Positions 10,215-15,722 of a stretch of DNA of 15,722 nucleotides are shown here, piece by piece. Under the pieces are notes generated by a model. The model made no database searches, had not been told where the DNA came from, and saw only the letters and a program-made list of their open reading frames with translations. The stretch comes from Pseudomonadota bacterium (GTDB lineage Bacteria > UBA10199 > 2-02-FULL-44-16 > JAAZCA01), in assembly GCA_043822785.1 (NCBI GenBank), contig JBDRBN010000063.1, forward strand, positions 1 through 15,722, in the 5' to 3' direction. A program made the translations under genes and the position numbers. Each line of letters begins with the position of its first letter. The stretch's first letter is position 1.

Positions 10215-11978
10215 ATGGCAATTGTACCCATGCAGAGAGCTACGTTTGTCACCCTTTCCAATAAGGGCGATGATCTCTTGCGCTTGTTGCAGCGCCTGGG
10301 AGTAGTGCATCCTGAGCATATAAATGAAGAGGCCATACTGCCATCGATCGAGAGGCTCAGGCACAAGCTCAATATGCAGCAGGCTGTAATAAATGACCTG
10401 AAAGCGCTTTCAACCTCAAACCCTTCTGAGAAAGGCGAAGGAAGCGAGCCTTCGTTTACAGAAACAGAAGCGTGGTTTGCGAGCCTTCGCGACCTTGAAG
10501 AGAAGATCAAGTCGCATAAGCGCATGGCAGAACGACTTCAACCTTGGGGCGATTATGATCCAAAAGAAGTAAAGAAACTCTTTGATGAAGGCATCTTCAT
10601 TCAGCTATGGAGCGCAGACGCGTATCAATTTGATGATCTCAATATTCCAGATGGCATATTCTGTAAAATCATCGAACAAACAAAGAGCGAAGTCCTCTTT
10701 GTAACTGTGAAGCGAGGAGGCATAATAAGAATAGAAGGGGCTGAAGCAATTGCGCTTTCGGAAAATAGATTGACTGTTGTTCAAGAGGAGCTCGATAACC
10801 TTGAAGCAAAGCGCAGCGCCCTTGTAGAAAGGCTTGAACGAGCAGCCTCACACCTTCCGCATCTTATGCGCAAGCACGCGAGGGATGAGCATGAATACTA
10901 TTATCAAGAAGCCATTCAGCGCGCCTTTGATGATGGCGACATAAAAGCGTTTGCAGGCTGGCTGCCAAAGGATCATGCCCAAGAGGTAAAAGACGTGCTC
11001 ACCGGTTTTGCCACACCTGTGGTGATGGATGTAAGGGATCCATTGCCAGATGAAAACCCACCAGTTTTTACAAAAAACATTTTTCTATCGCGTGTGTTTG
11101 AGCCGCTATTACGCCTGTTTGGAATACCAGACTATCGAGGACTGGACCCTGCACTCTTCTTTGCGCCGTTTATGATGCTCTTTTTTGGAATATGTCTTGG
11201 CGATGTGGGTTATGGAATAGCTATGATGGCAGGCGCCTATGCCGTGAAGCGCATCTTCAAGGGCCATCCATTTGCAAAGGTGGTGGGCAATCTGACATTT
11301 TTCTTTGGAATCGCGACTATGTTGGTGGGAGTTGTGACCGGCTCTGTGTTCGGGACTGCACCTGGCGGAAGGGAATGGATTCTCTTGGACGTGTCATATG
11401 ATTTTGGCGATCCCATGTTGCTGTTCAAGATATCCATAGCTTTGGGATTTTTGCATCTCACCATCGCATTTGTGCTATCTGCCATCGCAGCGCATCACTG
11501 GCAAATAAAGATCTGTAAGCTCGGGTCAATCTGTATTCTATGGGGCGGAGCATTGCTTGTGCTGGGCATTTCTTTTTGGTGGATGCTTTTGGCTGTGGGA
11601 ATTGGCATAGTGCTCATCTTTACTTCCGATGCTAGCAATCCATTTAAGCGTTTGGGGTTGGGGCTTTGGGGCATCTACAATCACACAACACTCGTGGGCG
11701 ATGTGATGTCATACTCCAGGCTCTTTGGCCTTGGAATTGCGACCGCAGCCATTGCAACAGTGGTAAACGAGCTATCTGCTCAAGCGAGCAGCGCGATTTC
11801 AATTCCTATTTTGGGAGCATTTGTAGGCATTGTCGTTTTGGTGGTCGGACATACGTTTAACATGACCATAGGTATAATAAGCGCGCTCGTGCATCCAGCG
11901 AGGCTACACGCTGTTGAAGCGCTTCCAAAATTTGTGCAATTTACCGGAGTTCAATACAAACCTCTTGCTACTGACTGA
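10215..11978 (+). CDS. ntpI: V/A-type ATPase subunit I (membrane a subunit)
   Basis: 587 aa; soluble N-terminal half, then LFFGICLGDVGYG, DVMSYSRLFGLG (essential Arg) and HPARLHAVE in a hydrophobic C-terminal half. Confidence 0.95.
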   Translation: MAIVPMQRATFVTLSNKGDDLLRLLQRLGVVHPEHINEEAILPSIERLRHKLNMQQAVINDLKALSTSNPSEKGEGSEPSFTETEAWFASLRDLEEKIKSHKRMAERLQPWGDYDPKEVKKLFDEGIFIQLWSADAYQFDDLNIPDGIFCKIIEQTKSEVLFVTVKRGGIIRIEGAEAIALSENRLTVVQEELDNLEAKRSALVERLERAASHLPHLMRKHARDEHEYYYQEAIQRAFDDGDIKAFAGWLPKDHAQEVKDVLTGFATPVVMDVRDPLPDENPPVFTKNIFLSRVFEPLLRLFGIPDYRGLDPALFFAPFMMLFFGICLGDVGYGIAMMAGAYAVKRIFKGHPFAKVVGNLTFFFGIATMLVGVVTGSVFGTAPGGREWILLDVSYDFGDPMLLFKISIALGFLHLTIAFVLSAIAAHHWQIKICKLGSICILWGGALLVLGISFWWMLLAVGIGIVLIFTSDASNPFKRLGLGLWGIYNHTTLVGDVMSYSRLFGLGIATAAIATVVNELSAQASSAISIPILGAFVGIVVLVVGHTFNMTIGIISALVHPARLHAVEALPKFVQFTGVQYKPLATD

Positions 11979-12016
11979 GAACATCAATATATGAAGATGA
12001 AAGCTAAAAACAAACT

Positions 12017-12088
12017 GCAAGCAACGCCAGCAAGGCCAGCAACGCGAGAAACGTTGCTTGCGTTGCTGGCGTTTCTCGCGTGTCTCGC
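12017..12088. repeat. 9-bp repeat palindrome: 4 forward plus 4 inverted units
   Basis: GCAAGCAAC GCCAGCAAG GCCAGCAAC GCGAGAAAC | GTTGCTTGC GTTGCTGGC GTTTCTCGC GTGTCTCGC; axis between 12052 and 12053. Confidence 0.85.
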
Positions 12089-12106
12089 AAATATAAGGGG
12101 GTAACA

Positions 12107-12517
12107 ATGGACATCGTTTCAATTCAGAAATTAGCATTCTATCTCGGAATAGGCCTTGGGCTTGCAGGATCAGCATGGGGACTTTCGATTGCATTCCAAG
12201 CAGCCATGGGCGCTGGCAAACAACATTTTTTCGGGGTTTTGCCGCTGGCTGTTTTGCCCAGCACCCAAGGCATATATTCGCTTTTAGCCGGACTTCTAAA
12301 AAAGGATGCATTGGCGACGGACCCATCCATAGGCTGGATTCTTCTCATGGTTGTGGGACTTTCAACATTCTTGAGCGCTATATATCAGGGCAAAGTATGC
12401 GCTGCTGGCATTCGCTCTATAGCTGATGGCAGAAATGTGCTCGCAAACGGCATCGTGTCTGCAGCCATGCCTGAAACATATGCAGTCTTAGGGTTTGTTT
12501 CGGTGTTCCTATTTTAA
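12107..12517 (+). CDS. ntpK: V/A-type ATPase subunit K (4-TM proteolipid, about 136 aa), predicted Na+-binding
   Basis: LPSTQGIY, SAIYQG and MPETY motifs; ATG 12107 follows SD AAGGGGGT. The ORF-track start at 12080 lies in the repeat. Confidence 0.92.
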   Translation: MDIVSIQKLAFYLGIGLGLAGSAWGLSIAFQAAMGAGKQHFFGVLPLAVLPSTQGIYSLLAGLLKKDALATDPSIGWILLMVVGLSTFLSAIYQGKVCAAGIRSIADGRNVLANGIVSAAMPETYAVLGFVSVFLF

Positions 12518-12526
12518 AAAACAAGA

Positions 12527-12582
12527 TGTCATTCCGACCGACCGAGCACTCAGTGATTGAGTGCTTGGGAGTGGAGGAATCC
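12527..12582. repeat. TGTCATTCCGACCGA...GGAGGAATCC half-element with an internal 11-bp hairpin
   Basis: Begins TGTCATT like the REP-like family and ends GGAGGAATCC; CCGAGCACTCA 12542-12552 pairs with TGAGTGCTTGG 12558-12568 with one G-U pair. Confidence 0.65.
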
Positions 12583-12602
12583 CATTCAAAAATGAGGAGT
12601 CT

Positions 12603-14684
12603 ATGAATATAAATGAACTAGTGGTGTGGTTGACAATCGGATGTGGGATTTTGGCGCTCATCTATGCAACGGTGGCCTCCATCAAGGTTTCAGGCAAGGA
12701 TCCTGGCAATGAAAAGATGCGCGAAGTGGCTTCTGCAATTCGCATTGGTGCCATGGCCTTTATCACGCGCGAGTACAAAGCCATTGCTATATTCGCAATT
12801 ATCGTCGCAGTGGTATTCGCACTGGTTAACACGGGCGAGCACAGGCTCATAGCAGTGGCGTTTCTTAGCGGCGCTATCTGCTCGGCGCTCGCCGGATACC
12901 TGGGTATGAACATCGCCACAAAGGCTAATGTGAGAACAGCGAACGCGGCGCGCGAAAGTTTGAATGCTGCACTGAACGTCGCTTTTAGGGGAGGCTCGGT
13001 CATGGGCCTTAGCGTGGTAGGGCTTGCTATTCTGGGCCTGTCGATCTTGTTTTTGATATTCATTTCAGTATACGGATTTGATGAATATAATCTCAAGAAT
13101 TCGATCCTGCCGATCTTGGTCGGATTTTCATTTGGCGCATCTTCCATCGCTTTGTTTGCGCGCGTTGGAGGCGGCATCTACACCAAAGCTGCTGACGTAG
13201 GCGCGGATCTGGTGGGCAAGGTCGAACAGGGCATTCCAGAAGATGATCCGAGAAATCCTGCAACCATCGCAGACAACGTGGGCGACAACGTGGGCGATGT
13301 GTGCGGCATGGGCGCAGACCTCTTTGAGTCTTATATCGGCGCGCTGATCTCAGCCATGGTTCTGGGCGTGGCCTCAGGTTTAGCGGGCGTATCATTGCCG
13401 CTCGCACTTGCCGGTGTTGGCATTCTCTCCTCCATCATAGGCACCTTCTTCGTAAAGGTGAAGGAGGGTGGCAATCCACAGAAAGGCCTCAACTTCGGCA
13501 CTTTTGTGGCAGCAGCGCTTTTGCTCGTAAGCGCTTATTTTGTAACGGTCTGGCTTGTACCAAATGGTCTTGTCATCGGAGGCGTGCTCGTTTCACCAAT
13601 TAGGCTTTGGGGAGCGGTCATCGCAGGGCTTGCAGCCGGCGTTATCATAGGACTCATTACCGTACACTTTTGCGAGAAGCATAAGAAACCGGTTAATCAG
13701 ATCGTCGCTGCTACAAAGACCGGACCCGCCACCACTATCATCGCTGGCCTTTATGTGGGCATGCATTCCACGGCCTTTCCGGTAGTGACCATTGCTGCTG
13801 CAACACTCATTAGCTTTTGGCTTGCCGGGCTTTACGGCATAGCCATAGCTGCGGTGGGCATGCTCTCTACCATAGGCATACAGCTTGCGGTCGATGCTTA
13901 TGGGCCCATTGCGGATAATGCCGGCGGAATAACAGAGATGAGCGGTCTTGGCGAAGAGGTCAGAAAGCGCACAGACTCGCTTGATTCAGTTGGCAACACC
14001 ACAGCAGCGATCGGAAAGGGATTTGCCATAGGTTCTGCAGCGCTCACAGCGCTCGCGCTGTTTGCCGCATTTCGCGAGGCAACAGGTTTGCCGAATATAG
14101 ACATCACATCACCACAGGTGATGGCAGGCCTGCTCATAGGAGGCATGTTGCCATTTCTATTCTGCTCGTTCTCTCTAAAGGCGGTTGGGCTAACCGCTCA
14201 CGATCTCATAGAGGAGGTGCGCAGACAGTTTAGAGAGATAACAGGTCTGATGGAGGGAACAGCCAAGGCCGATTATGCAAAGTGCGTGGATATCTCGGCA
14301 GCGGCTGCGATCAAACACATGATAAAACCCGGCGTCATTGCAGTGCTAACGCCCGTGGTAGTGGGAGTTGGTTCCAAGCTCATCTGGGGTGAGGTGAGCG
14401 CGCTCGGCGGACTGTTGGGCGGCGTGATCGCCTCGGGCGTTATGCTTGCTATATTCATGGCAAACTCCGGAGGCGCATGGGACAACGCGAAAAAGCAGAT
14501 TGAAGAGGAACCAAGGGATACTGCTGCGGGTACCGGCAAAGGAAGTGCGCGTCACTCAGCAGCTGTGATAGGCGACACTGTCGGCGATCCGTTCAAGGAT
14601 ACTGCAGGCCCGGCGCTCAACATACTGATTAAGCTCATGAGCGTGCTATCGCTTCTTCTGGCGCCATTGTTTATGAGGCTATGA
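12603..14684 (+). CDS. hppA: Membrane-bound ion-translocating pyrophosphatase, K+-dependent, probably Na+-translocating (about 693 aa)
   Basis: [65 protein letters not shown] (Ala indicates K+-dependence), [13 protein letters not shown] 12603 follows SD GAGGAG. Confidence 0.96.
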   Translation: MNINELVVWLTIGCGILALIYATVASIKVSGKDPGNEKMREVASAIRIGAMAFITREYKAIAIFAIIVAVVFALVNTGEHRLIAVAFLSGAICSALAGYLGMNIATKANVRTANAARESLNAALNVAFRGGSVMGLSVVGLAILGLSILFLIFISVYGFDEYNLKNSILPILVGFSFGASSIALFARVGGGIYTKAADVGADLVGKVEQGIPEDDPRNPATIADNVGDNVGDVCGMGADLFESYIGALISAMVLGVASGLAGVSLPLALAGVGILSSIIGTFFVKVKEGGNPQKGLNFGTFVAAALLLVSAYFVTVWLVPNGLVIGGVLVSPIRLWGAVIAGLAAGVIIGLITVHFCEKHKKPVNQIVAATKTGPATTIIAGLYVGMHSTAFPVVTIAAATLISFWLAGLYGIAIAAVGMLSTIGIQLAVDAYGPIADNAGGITEMSGLGEEVRKRTDSLDSVGNTTAAIGKGFAIGSAALTALALFAAFREATGLPNIDITSPQVMAGLLIGGMLPFLFCSFSLKAVGLTAHDLIEEVRRQFREITGLMEGTAKADYAKCVDISAAAAIKHMIKPGVIAVLTPVVVGVGSKLIWGEVSALGGLLGGVIASGVMLAIFMANSGGAWDNAKKQIEEEPRDTAAGTGKGSARHSAAVIGDTVGDPFKDTAGPALNILIKLMSVLSLLLAPLFMRL

Positions 14685-14711
14685 TTGGGGAAATTTCAAG
14701 CTCCAAAATTC

Positions 14712-14899
14712 CACTGTTGTTGCCTTAGAACTGCATGTTTTTCGTGGATGTCATTGCGAGCAAAGCGAAGCAATCCCCTTATAACCTGTGTTTGCGGGAG
14801 ATTGCTTCGTCGCTAAACGCTCCTCGCAATGACATCTAGACATGAGAAAAATGAATTCTTATATTTCAACCAGTTAACACCCCTAACGCAACAACAGTG
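14712..14899 (+). mobile_element. 188-bp non-coding MITE-like element with 17-bp imperfect terminal inverted repeats
   Basis: CACTGTTGTTGCCTTAG (14712-14728) versus CTAACGCAACAACAGTG (14883-14899), 16/17 match; removing it restores the host palindrome; a second copy lies at 1-132. Confidence 0.8.
14747..14836. repeat. REP-like TGTCATTGCGAG palindromic element, copy 4 (inside the MITE-like element)
   Basis: GATGTCATTGCGAG 14747-14760 pairs with CTCGCAATGACATC 14823-14836; inner stem CGAAGCAATC / GATTGCTTCG. Confidence 0.9.
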
Positions 14900-15053
14900 C
14901 AAATCCTAAACAAATCCGAATTTCAAAATCCAAAAAACAGAGTAACATAAGGTTTTGTTTGGAACATTGGAATTTTGTATTTCGGATTTGTTTAGGATTT
15001 GGAGTTTTGGATTTTGGATTTAACATACTTTGTCACTTCTCCTTGTTGTATTC

Positions 15054-15512
15054 TTATTGCTTATCCTTCTTCCGGCTTAAGATTCCCTTCTGTATACGTA
15101 TGATTGCATCAAAGAGCTGTTCTGGACGCGGCGGACAACCTGGTACATAAACATCCACCGGTATTATGGTGTCTATTCCTTGAACCGTGTTGTAGTTATC
15201 ATAGAATCCTCCCGAAGCAGCGCATGCGCCATATGCCACCACCCATTTAGGCATGGGCATCTGATCATAAATCCTTTTGAGAATCGGTGCCTGTTTGTAA
15301 GATATCGTGCCCATCACTAAAAGAAGGTCTGCCTGTCTTGGCGAAAAACGCACAATTTCCGCACCAAATCGAGATATATCAAATCGGCCGGATATCACCC
15401 CCATAAACTCTATGGCGCAACAAGCAGTGCCAAATGGCATGGGCCATAGGCTATAGCGCCTGGCCCAATTGCACACATCCTGCACCCTCGTTGTGATAAA
15501 ATTACTTAACAT
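15054..15512 (-). CDS. nuoB: NADH-quinone oxidoreductase subunit B
   Basis: 152 aa; SLWPMPFGTACCAIE, SPRQADL, PKWVVAYGACAASGG, IPVDVYVPGCPPRPE; all four Cys ligands of cluster N2 are present. Confidence 0.93.
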   Translation of the reverse strand: MLSNFITTRVQDVCNWARRYSLWPMPFGTACCAIEFMGVISGRFDISRFGAEIVRFSPRQADLLLVMGTISYKQAPILKRIYDQMPMPKWVVAYGACAASGGFYDNYNTVQGIDTIIPVDVYVPGCPPRPEQLFDAIIRIQKGILSRKKDKQ

Positions 15513-15519
15513 ATACTCC

Positions 15520-15589
15520 GTGACCAGTGACTAGTAACCAGTGACCAGTAAGTAATACGATCTGTGTCCAAACGCTGGTCACTAAGTCA
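15520..15589. repeat. Heptamer (GTGACCA)x4 repeat with a short inverted arm, same family as 4624-4698
   Basis: GTGACCA GTGACTA GTAACCA GTGACCA at 15520-15547; inverted CTGGTCACTAAGTCA at 15575-15589. Confidence 0.8.
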
Positions 15590-15722
15590 TGTACCCCCGG
15601 CAGAGCCGGGGGCTTGAAAAACCGTGAACCGCTCAAAGCGGTTAAAACCTACCGAAACATATTCAGCTGATCGAGCCGTTGGTCTTCCTTTTCCTGATTC
15701 CTTATGTATTCGCGTACTGCGT
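15586..15722 (-). mobile_element. Right end of an IS200-like (IS200/IS605 family) element, cut by the window end
   Basis: TnpA C-terminus followed by subterminal hairpins AACCGCT-caa-AGCGGTT (15627-15643) and CCCCCGGC-aga-GCCGGGGG (15594-15612). The exact end (TGAC on the - strand, 15586-15589) is inferred. Confidence 0.75.
15649..15720 (-). CDS. tnpA: 3' end of an IS200/IS605 family Y1 (HUH) transposase, partial
   Basis: Manual translation gives AVREYIRNQEKEDQRLDQLNMFR*, with the catalytic YxxxQ motif and a typical IS200 TnpA tail; absent from the ORF track. Confidence 0.8.
   Translation of the reverse strand, partial: AVREYIRNQEKEDQRLDQLNMFR

Larger units (their letters stand above)
14691..15021. 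repeat. Heptamer-based long palindrome (AAATCC../..GGATTT) between convergent hppA and nuoB; its left arm is split by the MITE-like element
   Basis: Perfect 21-bp stem 14900-14920 / 14981-15001; pairing resumes at 14702-14711 / 15002-15011 with one G-U pair. Confidence 0.85.

Noticed and set aside
13272..13298. 12-bp tandem repeat GACAACGTGGGC in hppA
   Set aside because: It simply encodes the universal DNVGDNVGD motif of membrane PPases.
14900..15001. Call as a bidirectional intrinsic terminator
   Set aside because: The convergent position is suggestive, but the stem is AT-rich with a long loop and no clean U-tract, so it is reported only as a repeat.
14959..15150. 63-aa + strand ORF
   Set aside because: It consists of the heptamer palindrome arm plus the antisense of nuoB, with no SD.

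Overview
Bacterial energy-conversion locus. On the + strand, 13 genes run co-directionally over about 14.5 kb: the F1 part of an F-type ATP synthase (atpH-A-G-D-C, with a short epsilon), a divergent V/A-type ATPase in the E-C-A-B-D-I-K order (its K subunit carries the Na+-binding signature), and a K+-dependent membrane pyrophosphatase (hppA). On the - strand lie a nuoB-like gene with no nuoC after it and the 3' end of an IS200-like element. Every real intergenic spacer holds a short palindromic or tandem repeat, from several distinct families. The most unusual structure is a 188-bp element with 17-bp terminal inverted repeats (14712-14899). It carries a REP-like hairpin inside and splits an older heptamer-based palindrome without a clear target duplication. 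A near-identical inverted copy (126/132 bp) at the window start sits in the same kind of target, so the two copies bracket the whole cluster. Another palindromic repeat lies in frame inside the V-ATPase C-like gene. All calls come from motif recognition and manual alignment; no database searches were run.
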